Shown here piece after piece: positions 47,939-58,478 of a stretch of 64,000 nt of DNA. The notes under the pieces are model-generated. The model searched no databases. It was given only the letters and a program-made list of their open reading frames with translations, and was not told the DNA's origin. Numbering within the stretch: the first letter of the stretch is position 1; the number at the start of each line of letters is the position of its first letter. The position numbers and the translations under genes are program-made. The stretch spans positions 1,856,001 to 1,920,000 of the forward strand of contig CAWCAG010000005.1 of NCBI GenBank assembly GCA_963793425.1, read 5' to 3'. The stretch comes from an uncultured cyanobacterium. GTDB lineage: Bacteria; Cyanobacteriota; Cyanobacteriia; Cyanobacteriales; CAWCAG01.

Positions 47939-49660
47939 TTGCTGATGTTCCCCACCCAGACTATATCATCGTTAATTTTTTGTATGTCTCCACTGCTTTT
48001 AGCAGCCCCTGTAGTAGCCCAAATTCCTCCGATTCCTCCCAACAGTCCTGAACCTGTTTTACCGGACTCTCCTCAGTCTCCTAACTCGGAGTTGCTGCCA
48101 CCACCAGAGCAACTATTGCAACCGAATCAAAATCCTCAAACCCCTAATTTACCGACCCCGGAAGATATACCAGGAGAAATTCAAGTTCAACGTTTTGAGG
48201 TGATTGGTAGTAGCGTTTTTAGTCAAGAAGAATTCAATGAATTGTTAAAAGAATTCACAGAAGAACCAATTTCCTTTGCCGAACTTCTCCGCACCCAAGA
48301 TAAAATTACTCAATACTACTTTGAACAAGGATACATAACCTCCGGGGCTTTTGTACCTCCTCAAGAATTAGCTGATGGAGTTGTGCAAATTCAAGTTATT
48401 GAAGGGAGAGTTGATGAAGTTGTCATTGAAGGGTTGCAAAGGCTAAAACCTAGTTATATCCGTAGTCGCATCGAACTTGGTAGTCAAACGCCTTTAAACC
48501 AAAACCGCTTGTTTGAAGCTTTGCAACTACTACAGCTTGATCCGAGAATAGCTACCTTAGCCGTAGAATTAGCAGCGGGTTCTCGTCCTGGGGTAAGTGT
48601 TTTAATTGTTAGTATTGAAGAGAATGATGGTTTTTCTGGTCAACTAACTTTAGATAATCAGCGATCGCCTAGTGTAGGAACATTCCGTCGTCGCCTACAA
48701 GCTAGTCATAATAACCTTTTGGGTTATGGAGATACTTTAAGTGTCGGTTATACAAACACCGATGGCAGCAATGCCTTAGACGATTTTAATTATATTTTTC
48801 CTATCAACCCCCGCAACGGTACTGTGGGTTTCCGCCATAGTCGCACCCGCACTAATATTATTGAAGAACCTTTTAATATCCTTGATATTCAATCCAAATC
48901 CTTAAGTTACGAATTAACTTACCGCCAACCCCTTAAACAAACTCCCACAGAAGAATTCGCTGTCGGTGTCACCGTTTCTCGCCAAGAATCTGCAACCACT
49001 CTTCTCGAAATTCCTTTTCCCCTCACCGAAGGGGCAGATAATAATGGCGAATTGAAAATCTCAGCAATGCGTTTCTTTCAAGAATATACAGCCAGAAGTA
49101 GTCAAGAAGTATTTGCCTTGCGATCGCAGTTTAGCTTTGGGGTAGGCTTGTTGAATTCTACTATTAACGAAGATGCCCCTGATAGTAATTTTTTCTCTTG
49201 GCGAGGACAAGCACAATATTTGCGTTTATTAACACCAGATACCATCTTACTTTTACGGGGAGATTTGCAATTAGCTGACCAATCTTTAGTCTCCTTAGAA
49301 CAATTTAGTATTGGCGGGGCAGCGACAGTTAGGGGCTATCGTCAAGATAGTTTATTAGCAGATAATGGCCTATTTGCCTCTGCGGAAGTGCGCTTTCCTA
49401 TTCTCCGTATTCCTAACTGGGAAACAAACTTACAATTAGCACCTTTTATGGACTTTGGTACAGTTTGGAATAATCGTAATTCTGCTAGTAATTTAGCAAC
49501 CAGCACTTTAACTTCTGTAGGTTTAGGTTTGCGTTTAGGAGTAGGAGATGATTTCAGCGCCCAATTAGATTGGGGAATCCCTTTAGTTGACTTAAACTCT
49601 AGTGGAGATAGCTTACAGGAAAATGGAATTTATTTTAGTATTAATTATCAGTTGTTTTAA
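47939..49660 (+). CDS. ShlB/FhaC/HecB-family (TpsB) Omp85 transporter
   Basis: POTRA (Y...GYITSGA..P.Q....G...I..IEG), VRGY motif, barrel ending in Phe. Confidence 0.93.
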   Translation: MLMFPTQTISSLIFCMSPLLLAAPVVAQIPPIPPNSPEPVLPDSPQSPNSELLPPPEQLLQPNQNPQTPNLPTPEDIPGEIQVQRFEVIGSSVFSQEEFNELLKEFTEEPISFAELLRTQDKITQYYFEQGYITSGAFVPPQELADGVVQIQVIEGRVDEVVIEGLQRLKPSYIRSRIELGSQTPLNQNRLFEALQLLQLDPRIATLAVELAAGSRPGVSVLIVSIEENDGFSGQLTLDNQRSPSVGTFRRRLQASHNNLLGYGDTLSVGYTNTDGSNALDDFNYIFPINPRNGTVGFRHSRTRTNIIEEPFNILDIQSKSLSYELTYRQPLKQTPTEEFAVGVTVSRQESATTLLEIPFPLTEGADNNGELKISAMRFFQEYTARSSQEVFALRSQFSFGVGLLNSTINEDAPDSNFFSWRGQAQYLRLLTPDTILLLRGDLQLADQSLVSLEQFSIGGAATVRGYRQDSLLADNGLFASAEVRFPILRIPNWETNLQLAPFMDFGTVWNNRNSASNLATSTLTSVGLGLRLGVGDDFSAQLDWGIPLVDLNSSGDSLQENGIYFSINYQLF

Positions 49661-49677
49661 GTTGCAAGTGTAGGTTT

Positions 49678-52600
49678 TTAAAAACGAAATTCGTACTCAA
49701 CCACAGCCCGACTATCTCCTTGAAAATCAGTTGAACCACGAAACAGAGTGTTATCATCAATGCGATACCGTAAGCCGTATTGGGCCGGACGTTCGTCGGT
49801 TAAAACTTTAATCACAGAAACAGATAAATCTCGACTAATGTCAAAAGCCGCCTCTGCCCCGACACCAATTTCACTACCTCCCCCCTGGGAATTACTAGCG
49901 GAAGAGGTGGGGAAAAGACGAAACTCACTTAAGCCTAAAGTATCTCCTACTGCCCTTTGGAAGTTACCCAAAAGTGCTGTCCCGGCCAGGTTAGCTAACC
50001 CTACCGCCGCATCTTGACTAAAACTATTGAGTACGCTGCCCCCTAAGAGGGCGACGATTTCAGTTTCACTGCGGCGAGGATTACTGCTTAACTCTAAGTT
50101 TTCATCTAATCTACTCGCTGCCCCTTCTACACTAGCAATCACCCTAACTGATTGGAGGGAACCGAAGGTACTGATGGGGGCATCAGGAATTTCGTTGGGG
50201 TTAGTATCTGTGGGAATAAAAACGGGGGTTCCTTCGGAAACATTGGCGATTAACTGAACATTAAGAATTGGGTCTAGACCTAATTCAGGGCGAAATTCTG
50301 CTGTTTGAGGGTAGCCTCCCCGAAGGCGAAATTGAGTAGTAAAGAGGTTAACCTGACCCCTTTCTAGGGTAATTAAGCCATCAGGTCTAGGGTCATCAAG
50401 AGGGCCGTTGAGGGTAAAATCTCCTTTAGCTGAGAAGTTGAGGATTGGAGGTTGGGTGATTTGAATGTCATCAACAAGATTAATTTTTAGGTTGGCAAAC
50501 TCCGGGGTAATACCAGCTTCTTGGTTATTATTGTCTCCGGCAACCCCCTCTCCCGCACCCGCATCCTCACCGCTACCACCATCCAAATTGCTTGATTCAG
50601 CAATAAAAACTTTACCGTCTTTGAGATTGATTTCACCACTAACTAAGGGGCTGAGGGCCGTACGAGTGATCAAAACCTCTCCCCCTACACCCCCTTGATA
50701 AATACCTTTAAGATTAAAATCGAGTTCTTTGAGGGCAATGGTCAAAGGACTTTCTTGGGGAGATGGTTCACTAATGGGTAAACTTCCACTGACAACCACT
50801 TCGCCGCCGCCATATTTACCCGTTAAGGTGTTAACCACTTCAATGGTGTCAAAGTCGAAGATAATTTCACCATCTACATCCGTAAGAGTTTCTGTTAGCA
50901 ATTCGGAACTAATGGTGGCATCGCTAATGATGGCACTACCATCAACAACTAAATTCTCAGGACGACCTAACTTTTGGTCAAAAATTCCTTTGATGTTGAT
51001 ATCCACATCACCCTTTCCGGCAACCCAACCAAGTTGTTGGCGAGTAAGAATATCTAAAATAGCTAAACCATCATCTTTTACTTTAACAGCTAGAGCTAAT
51101 TCATTACTGGCTGGTTCTACAGTTGTTCCTGGGAGTTGATAAGGGATTTTGCCGTTGACGGTTAAGGGGTTGTCAGGGGAACCTGCTAAAATTGCGTTGG
51201 CTGCAAAGTTGAGGATGGCATCGTTGTATTGAAAACTACCTTCAGCTTTTTGAACAGATTGTTGATTAATTTTGGCATCAACTATTTCAATCGTACCGAT
51301 ACTTTGAGGATTTTCCCTGCTACCGGAGATACTCGCTTGGGCATCTACTAAGCCACCAAAACCAATGGCAGGAGGTAGTTCGACGAATTCTTGAATTAAG
51401 GAGACAGGAACTTGTTTAGCCCGTAGTTGGCCTGAAAGATTTTCTTCTCCTAAGTTACCGGTGAAGGCTAAAGCCCCGTTGTTAGCAAGTTCAATTAATA
51501 CTGGTTGCAGGGTGACTCTGGTGTTGCTAATACTTCCTTGGCTATTAATGCTGCCTTTAGCAACTACCCTTTCCGCTAAATATTCTTCCCATTGCCAGTC
51601 GTCTCCCAAAAAGTCAAACTCAGCTTGCAATGAAGCCAGGGAACTGTTGCGAATAGAAGCGGCAACATCAACACTACCGCTAAATTCCCCTTCAAGCTTC
51701 TCTAATTCCGGTAAAGGAGAAGCATCTTCCCTGGCGAGGCGTTGCTGTTGCAGGAGGGTTTGAACTTCTGCGAGTCGCTGTAACTGAGTTTCAACAGTAG
51801 TACCCGGCAAACCTAAGCTAAGGATACCAATATCTTCTTGGTTGCCATAGTTGCGATCGCCGCTTCCCCTGGTTAAGTCTTCGAGGTCAAAAATTTGCAG
51901 GGCATAAAGGACATCTTCAATGCGGCCTTTTTCTACATCGGCTTTGGCAACAATTTCTGGGCCAGAAATGCCAGGGGATAACCTAGCATCGAGGGCATAA
52001 ATACTTTCCCCTTTACGCAATTCTCCTTCATTAAAAACCCCGAAACCATTGGCATAATTAAATCTGCCTGTGAATAAGTCTCCTTCAAAGTTACCGACAA
52101 TGGGACGCGCGATCGCAATATCTCCAGAGATGGCGAAGGTTTTGAGGTTAACGGCTATGTTGCCGCTAAGTTGTCCTGCTAAGGTTTGAGTTGCTAGTTG
52201 CGGAGGCAGAGGAATGAATTCTTTGGCGATGCTGATGGGGAAGTTTTCTGTGTCTATATCGAGGATATCTCCTCGTCTTGTACCAGTGGCTGTAACTTCA
52301 ACAAAGTCATCTTCTTCGAATCTGACGGCAACATTTTGGTCGAAGCGGATGTAAAAGGAGTTTGGTTGGTAATTAGGGGCAAGGGCAACACGGATGATAT
52401 CGTCTTCCCCATTTAGTTGTAAGTTGATACCGGAATCTTGGGAGGTTACGCTTCCTGCGAGTAAGGGGTCAAAATCTAAACCATCAAAAATAAAGTTCCT
52501 TAAAGCAATACCGCCATTAATGTTGGGGGATTTAATTGTGCCAGCAATCCTACCATCAAAGTCTGCAAGCCCTCCTAAAGCTAAGTTTGCGGCTGCTTCT

Positions 52601-55600
52601 GGTAAAGGAATTGGTAGTTTGGCGAGGTTCAAATTTTCAGTATCAACTTTAAAGTCGTACCGTTCGATAATATTCAGCCCAGAATTTGCTAAATCCAGGT
52701 CGGCATAGCCACTAGCGACGAAATCTTCTGCTGTGGCATTGGGAATTTGTAATCTTTTACCAGTCCAGTTAAAGGAAGCAGCCAGGGGTCTGTCAATTAA
52801 AGCTAAACCTTGATTAAAATTCAAATCTCCTTTCGCCCTAATACCCGCCGGGGTGAGATTGGCTAAATTTCCCCTCGCTTGAATATCTCCCCCAACATTG
52901 CCTGCTAAGTCTTGGTTTAACAGGGCTAAATTAACCCCAGCAACATCTAAATCTGCAAACCAATTACCATTTTTCAGATCCGCATCAGCAACAACCCTGC
53001 CGCCCCGAAAATTGTTTAAGTTACCTTTAACTTTGCCTTGAATTGTGTCGGGAGTGAAGGAAGCTAAAGTACCATTAAGATTAAAGTTACCTGTGAAAGC
53101 AGAACCTTGTAACTGAGAGATTTGAGGAACAAGTTTTGCTATTTGTAAGTTTTGGGTTAACCCCCTAGCTTGCCAGCGGTTATCAGCTAAATTAATTTGA
53201 GAAGCGTTAATTACCCCGGCCCCGTTGGGCAAAACGACATTTCCTGAACCGCCACCATTAACTCCTGCTAAAGAGAGGTTATTGAGGGAACCAAATAGAT
53301 TTAAGTCGCTATTAACAATCCCCTGAAATTGCCTGGGAACAGAAGCCAGATTCCTCACCCTAATGCCCCTAGCTGCCACATTACTTTGCCAACGTCCCCT
53401 CGCTACTCGAACATCATTGGCAACCACTCTACCCCCAGCTAGACCGAAATTAGCTGTTCCTCTAGCCCGAACGCTATTAAGGTTCAAAGAATTGATGTTG
53501 CCTGCGAGGTTAAAGATGCCATCTAATTCCCCTAGTCGGAATTGGGCAGGTAGGGGAACAATTCTCGCTAAGTCAAGATCAGAAACTCTGGCGGTACTAC
53601 TCCAATTTCCCCTTTGTAAGGCAATATCACTAACACTAATTCTGCCCCCCACGGCCCTTAAATTAGCTGTTCCGGTGGCTAAAATTGATTCTGGGCTGAA
53701 ATCGCTTAAACTACCAGAAACGTTCAGCAAAACCGACTCTAACTGTCCCCCAGGAATTTGGGGTGGTAGTTCAATTAAGCGAGAAATTTGGACATCACTA
53801 GCTTGAATTCTTCCTTGCCAACGTCCCTTATTGAGGAGGATATTGTTGATGGCTACATTTTGCCCTGCTAAGTTAGTTTGGGCCGATCCCCTCGCGGTAA
53901 TAGTTTGGAGGTTAATTTTGTTAACGCTGCCGGAAACATTAAATAAACCATTCAAATTACTTTGGCGGAAGAGAGGAAGAGATTTTCCGGTTATTTCGGT
54001 AACAATTTGATTAAGCTTCAGCCCGGAAGTCCTTACTAAGCCAGCCCAACGCCCATCCCTAACCTTAATATCTCTCGCAGCAACTATGCCCCCAGCTAAG
54101 TTCAAGTTACCGTTAATATCTGCTTGCAGGTTTGCTAAATTCTTCCAAGGGCCAAATAACTTCGCATTCCCGGCTACCAAACCCAAAGTTACGGGTAAGT
54201 CTAAACCATAAATCTGGGAGATCGCCTCTGCTGATACACCTGTAGCATCAGCATCAATAGCTAGGTTTCCCCCTTCTTTCAGGTTCACATTACCAGTAGC
54301 TTGAATTTTTCCTCCTACTAAGGGCAAGACTTCAAAGTTTTGAATCTTTAAATTACTACCCACCAATTCCAACAAGGCGCTAAAGTTGCGAAAGCGAAGT
54401 TTATCAACTTGGATAGTTTTTATCCCCCTCGCTTTAACATTTACTTTCGGTTTATCAAAAGGGCCAGTAATAGCTAAATCGGCGCGAATTTGCCCTTTAA
54501 AAGGAACGGGAGTTTTCTTTAGTCCAAAAGTAGTGAAAACTTTGGTGATCTCTACAGGTAAAGTCGCTGCTTTGATATTTAAACCTTCATCTAAATCTAT
54601 CAATCCTCCAGCCTTAGCCGCAACTTGACCAAAAACCGTAGAGATATTTTTTAGTTTGATTTCTGTCCCTTTAGCGATTAAGCGACCATTGGTTTTTGCT
54701 AAAGTTTGGGGCAACTGTTCTAAGGCAACAGTAACATTCTCAACATCAACAATACCATTTAAAAGTAAAGGCTTTTTCCCATTAATCTCTGCCCTTAAAT
54801 TGGCATCTAATTTACCTTTCCTTAACTCAAAAGGTAAAGGCAACAAGCGACCAATTTCTAAAGCATTTAACTTCTTAGCCCTAGTCCTTAATTTCGCCCG
54901 TTTCGTCTTAGTAAAAAACTCTCCTCGCAAGCGAAAATCACCACTACTCAGGAAATCCCCAGCTAACTGAAAAACTAAATGTCTCCCTTCATCAAGAAGT
55001 TCAACTCCCCCAGAATCGACTAATAATTCTATCGGTTTGTACAACTTCCCTTGCTTAGACCGAGGCACTAAAGTAACATCAGCATCCCTAAAACTAACTC
55101 TTTCAATTTCAGTTTTAATCGGCCCCGCCTCTTCATCGGAATTAGGAGGTAAATTAATCCAAATCCCCTTTTCATCTTGTTCCGCATAAAGTTCCGGTTC
55201 AACCAAAACCACATCTAGTAATAACTCGCGGTTTGTTAATAACTTGAAAAGATTATTAAACCTAACCTGAACCGCCTCCACAGAAGCACTATCAGGATCA
55301 TCAGCCGTAGCTGGAACAGAAGTAGGGCCAAACTCTAACCCTCCCAAACCAACACTCTCTAACTCTCCTAAATCAATCGGTCTACCCAAAACCTGAATAA
55401 GTTGTTTTTCCACCAAGGGGGATAACTTTTGGTGAAGAAAAATCCAACCCCAAGTTAAGCCTCCACCAATACCAACTAATAAAATTCCCGTCAGACTAAA
55501 CCACAAACGTCTCCTACGGCGACGAGGGGGCGGAGTAGGGGGAGTTAATTCCGGTTGTTGATTGGACTCTGGTTCGTTGTCTGGGTTGGGGGTATTAGTC

Positions 55601-55602
55601 AT
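49678..55602 (-). CDS. tamB: Translocation/assembly module TamB (DUF490) protein
   Basis: 1974 aa; N-terminal TM, long beta-taco repeats, C-terminal L.S.P.RSE.EI.ALLGG ... YEFRF. Confidence 0.9.
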   Translation of the reverse strand: MTNTPNPDNEPESNQQPELTPPTPPPRRRRRRLWFSLTGILLVGIGGGLTWGWIFLHQKLSPLVEKQLIQVLGRPIDLGELESVGLGGLEFGPTSVPATADDPDSASVEAVQVRFNNLFKLLTNRELLLDVVLVEPELYAEQDEKGIWINLPPNSDEEAGPIKTEIERVSFRDADVTLVPRSKQGKLYKPIELLVDSGGVELLDEGRHLVFQLAGDFLSSGDFRLRGEFFTKTKRAKLRTRAKKLNALEIGRLLPLPFELRKGKLDANLRAEINGKKPLLLNGIVDVENVTVALEQLPQTLAKTNGRLIAKGTEIKLKNISTVFGQVAAKAGGLIDLDEGLNIKAATLPVEITKVFTTFGLKKTPVPFKGQIRADLAITGPFDKPKVNVKARGIKTIQVDKLRFRNFSALLELVGSNLKIQNFEVLPLVGGKIQATGNVNLKEGGNLAIDADATGVSAEAISQIYGLDLPVTLGLVAGNAKLFGPWKNLANLQADINGNLNLAGGIVAARDIKVRDGRWAGLVRTSGLKLNQIVTEITGKSLPLFRQSNLNGLFNVSGSVNKINLQTITARGSAQTNLAGQNVAINNILLNKGRWQGRIQASDVQISRLIELPPQIPGGQLESVLLNVSGSLSDFSPESILATGTANLRAVGGRISVSDIALQRGNWSSTARVSDLDLARIVPLPAQFRLGELDGIFNLAGNINSLNLNSVRARGTANFGLAGGRVVANDVRVARGRWQSNVAARGIRVRNLASVPRQFQGIVNSDLNLFGSLNNLSLAGVNGGGSGNVVLPNGAGVINASQINLADNRWQARGLTQNLQIAKLVPQISQLQGSAFTGNFNLNGTLASFTPDTIQGKVKGNLNNFRGGRVVADADLKNGNWFADLDVAGVNLALLNQDLAGNVGGDIQARGNLANLTPAGIRAKGDLNFNQGLALIDRPLAASFNWTGKRLQIPNATAEDFVASGYADLDLANSGLNIIERYDFKVDTENLNLAKLPIPLPEAAANLALGGLADFDGRIAGTIKSPNINGGIALRNFIFDGLDFDPLLAGSVTSQDSGINLQLNGEDDIIRVALAPNYQPNSFYIRFDQNVAVRFEEDDFVEVTATGTRRGDILDIDTENFPISIAKEFIPLPPQLATQTLAGQLSGNIAVNLKTFAISGDIAIARPIVGNFEGDLFTGRFNYANGFGVFNEGELRKGESIYALDARLSPGISGPEIVAKADVEKGRIEDVLYALQIFDLEDLTRGSGDRNYGNQEDIGILSLGLPGTTVETQLQRLAEVQTLLQQQRLAREDASPLPELEKLEGEFSGSVDVAASIRNSSLASLQAEFDFLGDDWQWEEYLAERVVAKGSINSQGSISNTRVTLQPVLIELANNGALAFTGNLGEENLSGQLRAKQVPVSLIQEFVELPPAIGFGGLVDAQASISGSRENPQSIGTIEIVDAKINQQSVQKAEGSFQYNDAILNFAANAILAGSPDNPLTVNGKIPYQLPGTTVEPASNELALAVKVKDDGLAILDILTRQQLGWVAGKGDVDINIKGIFDQKLGRPENLVVDGSAIISDATISSELLTETLTDVDGEIIFDFDTIEVVNTLTGKYGGGEVVVSGSLPISEPSPQESPLTIALKELDFNLKGIYQGGVGGEVLITRTALSPLVSGEINLKDGKVFIAESSNLDGGSGEDAGAGEGVAGDNNNQEAGITPEFANLKINLVDDIQITQPPILNFSAKGDFTLNGPLDDPRPDGLITLERGQVNLFTTQFRLRGGYPQTAEFRPELGLDPILNVQLIANVSEGTPVFIPTDTNPNEIPDAPISTFGSLQSVRVIASVEGAASRLDENLELSSNPRRSETEIVALLGGSVLNSFSQDAAVGLANLAGTALLGNFQRAVGDTLGLSEFRLFPTSSASNSQGGGSEIGVGAEAAFDISRDLSVSVIKVLTDERPAQYGLRYRIDDNTLFRGSTDFQGDSRAVVEYEFRF

Positions 55603-56069
55603 CTTAGGGTTTGGGAGTTGGGAATAATGGTTTTACTGTCCTTAATGACGCACCAGATATTAGGGAGAGATTCTGAAGCTACTCTCTATTTTGAAGAGAG
55701 TAATAGCTGTTAAGTTTCTCAATAATAAATATCACAATAATTAAATTAATCAAGTTTTATCGTAAATCAGGGTTTGGTTGCACAGATTATTTGTGGGGGT
55801 AGGGAGTAGGCAGCAAGGGGAGTGAAACTTTGGGGGTCTGGTATTGGATATTACATCGCCTTATACCAAGGTTAAGAAGCAAAAGCACTTTTTGTTTTTG
55901 TTTTTGCCTCCACCTGCTCAATAACTATACGGCACAGCGGATTACTGGTTTTAATTTTTCCAGAAAACCGTCTCAAACCTTGTAACCAGATTTCATAAGT
56001 GTCAAAGCCCACAATATTAATCTTTAACCTTTACCCCCATTAGGGTATCTCCGACGCAACCAAAGAAAA

Positions 56070-56894
56070 ATGGTATTACTTATTTATTGGTTGTGGGGGA
56101 ATTATCATTTAAAATTTTCTTTCATAGTGAGTTCTATCTTACAAGTAGGGATTGTCGCCGTGGTCAATATTGATCGTATTGCAGAAGAACACGAATTAGG
56201 AAACTTAGTTGGTGAATTTAGATGGAATAAATCTCGGGCCAAATTACTATTCTATGTTTGGTTATTTTTGCTACCTATTATTGCTTTAGCTGTTTTCTTC
56301 ATCCCCTTAGAACCTGTAGAGTTAGGTTATGGCATCGGTGGGATCGCTTTGCTGATCTGCTTTTACTTTATTTACAGGCAAGCAAGCAGACTAAAAAAGA
56401 AAAAAGTCTTGTCGGTTTATGAACAAGGGTTGGTAGATCAGCGCAAAGGTAAACCTAAAGTAATACGCTTTGAAAATGTCAAAAATTTGTGGTTATCTAT
56501 AAACCAGATTTATGGTAGAGGTTTAGCTTTATATCTTTATACTCTACAAACTGAAGATAGCAAGAAGCACAAATTTAATAATAGCTTATCTAGTATTGAA
56601 CAACTTGCTTTCTTGTTTCAAAATCAAGTCTGGCGTTATCAATTTCCCATCGCCATGAACAAATTCAAGGAAGGAGAAGAAGTTGATTTTGGTAAAATCA
56701 GTTTAAGTAAAGAAGGCTTATCTCTCAAGAATAAAAATCTACCCTGGTTCGAGTTAAAACAAATTGATTTGCAGGAAGGAATGGTATTTATTCTGCAAAA
56801 GGAAGAAGGAATATGGGCGAAGTTCCCAGCTTCAGGATTTCCTAATTTGTCTCTCTTTACCGCTATGACTGAGCAAATCAAGAAAAATAATTGA
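56070..56894 (+). CDS. Hypothetical membrane protein with PH-like beta domains
   Basis: Two TM helices, then VYEQGL and FGKISLSKEGL...LPW..L; likely start is the GTG at 56160. Confidence 0.65.
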   Translation: MVLLIYWLWGNYHLKFSFIVSSILQVGIVAVVNIDRIAEEHELGNLVGEFRWNKSRAKLLFYVWLFLLPIIALAVFFIPLEPVELGYGIGGIALLICFYFIYRQASRLKKKKVLSVYEQGLVDQRKGKPKVIRFENVKNLWLSINQIYGRGLALYLYTLQTEDSKKHKFNNSLSSIEQLAFLFQNQVWRYQFPIAMNKFKEGEEVDFGKISLSKEGLSLKNKNLPWFELKQIDLQEGMVFILQKEEGIWAKFPASGFPNLSLFTAMTEQIKKNN

Positions 56895-56904
56895 TAATCG
56901 AAAA

Positions 56905-57714
56905 ATGTATTGGTATGACGGTGAATTAATTTCAAGTAACTCTATTGAACTTTCTTTAGATAATCCTGGCTTGCTTTATGGCGCAACAGTTTTCACTACC
57001 CTAAGAATTTATCAGCAATCTTTAGAACATCCCCTCACTAATTGGGCTGCCCATTGGCAACGCCTCCATCACGCCATAAAAACTGTAGCTTGGGAAAGCC
57101 CTAACTGGGATAACATCAAACAAGGTACAAAAACTTTAATAAGCCATTTTCCCGTTCTACGCATCACTCTTTTTCCTGATGGTAAAGAATTGATTACTGG
57201 ACGCAATTTGCCGGAGGATTTAGCCAAAAGCCAAACACAAGGAGTTAGTGCTTGGTTAGCCGCAAAGGGAGATTATACTCGTTCTTTACCTAACCTGAAA
57301 ACAGGTAACTATTTAGCGCCTTGGCTAGCTTTAAAAGAAGCTCAAAAGTTAGGGGCAAAAGAAGCAATTCTGGTTGATGTTAAAGGCAATTGGTTAGAAA
57401 GTTCTACGGGCAACCTTTGGGGTTGGAAAAATGGTTGTTGGTATACCCCTCCCCTCAAAGCTGGTATTTTATCAGGAACTATGCGCCAACAACTTCTCAA
57501 TTGGTTAGAATTTTCCCAGCAACCCAAACAAACTACGACTATTTGGGATAAAAGTTTTGTTCAAGAATTAGAAGCAATCGCCTATACAAATAGTGTTGTA
57601 GAAGTTATACCTATCCACACAATATCAAGAACCCAAGGCGATCTTAAATACAATCCTCATCATCTCAGCTTAGGACAGTTAAAAGATTTTTTTATTGCTA
57701 ACAAGAAGCTGTAA
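56905..57714 (+). CDS. Class IV aminotransferase / aminodeoxychorismate lyase-like
   Basis: GLLYG..VFTTLR, KTGNY, E.STGNL..W.TPP...GIL.G. Confidence 0.9.
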   Translation: MYWYDGELISSNSIELSLDNPGLLYGATVFTTLRIYQQSLEHPLTNWAAHWQRLHHAIKTVAWESPNWDNIKQGTKTLISHFPVLRITLFPDGKELITGRNLPEDLAKSQTQGVSAWLAAKGDYTRSLPNLKTGNYLAPWLALKEAQKLGAKEAILVDVKGNWLESSTGNLWGWKNGCWYTPPLKAGILSGTMRQQLLNWLEFSQQPKQTTTIWDKSFVQELEAIAYTNSVVEVIPIHTISRTQGDLKYNPHHLSLGQLKDFFIANKKL

Positions 57715-57874
57715 TCTTGCTTTTTTCTGACTTGACATGATATTATGTACATGGTGGAAAAGGTGCGTCTTGAAAAGCCGTTTCCAAAAGCATTTTTACT
57801 TTCTAATGATTCTTGCTTCCGGCTCTCAACTTAAACAGATTTGCGGATTTTGCTACCTCAAATAGGATTGCTAT

Positions 57875-57964
57875 ATGTTGAGGAAAATAGATAACAATAT
57901 TTGGGTAGCCGAGCAACCTTTGAAGTATTTCGGCTTGAATGTGGGTACAAGAATGAGGGTTATT
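57875..57964 (+). pseudogene. DUF4336-like N-terminal fragment
   Basis: MLRKIDNNIWVAEQPLKYFGLNVGTRMRVI, then the frame runs into the antisense 3' end of yjbQ. Confidence 0.65.
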
Positions 57965-58381
57965 TTATTCTCCGTTGACATGAACCACAATTTCTCTATT
58001 ATGGTTACGTTGGCGATGTTCCCAAAGGTAAATACCTTGCCAAGTACCTAACACTAACCTACCACGAGAGATAGGAATTTGTTCTGAGGTTTGGGTAAGG
58101 GCTGAACGAATGTGGGCGGGCATATCATCGGAACCTTCGGCACTATGAATATAGCTTCTGCCATCTTCAGGTACAAGTTTAGCGAAGAAGTTTGCTAAAT
58201 CTGTGAGGACATCAGGATCTGCGTTTTCTTGAATTACCAAGCTAGCAGAAGTATGACGGACAAAAACTGTACATAAACCTGTATCCACCCCTGAGTTAGC
58301 AACAACAGAATCTATATCACGGGTTATTTTATGTAAGGATTTACCAGTAGTTCTAATTTTGAGAACTTTTTGATGGTGCAT
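57965..58381 (-). CDS. yjbQ: YjbQ / UPF0047 protein
   Basis: HTSASL.IQENADPDV, EG.DDMPAHI and LGTWQGIYLWEHR. Confidence 0.95.
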   Translation of the reverse strand: MHHQKVLKIRTTGKSLHKITRDIDSVVANSGVDTGLCTVFVRHTSASLVIQENADPDVLTDLANFFAKLVPEDGRSYIHSAEGSDDMPAHIRSALTQTSEQIPISRGRLVLGTWQGIYLWEHRQRNHNREIVVHVNGE

Positions 58382-58405
58382 ATTTTCAGTTATTAGTTAT
58401 TAATG

Positions 58406-58478
58406 ATGTCTACAACAACAGCTAATGCCGTACAGTTATCAGGTAGCGATTAGCAACTAGCGATTAGCAACTAGCAAT
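58406..58478. repeat. Degenerate type-D dispersed element followed by (TAGCAAC/TAGCGAT) heptamers
   Basis: ATGTCTACAACAACAGCTAATGCCGTAC with the same AATG/AGTTATCA flanks as the 20737 copy. Confidence 0.65.

Noticed and set aside
55862..56077. Possible MITE with ATACCA...TGGTAT ends
   Set aside because: Only 6 bp of terminal match and no second copy in the window.
57730..57840. Possible sRNA or IS-end remnant after the aminotransferase gene
   Set aside because: Promoter-like hexamers and a weak hairpin only; no recognisable family or terminator.
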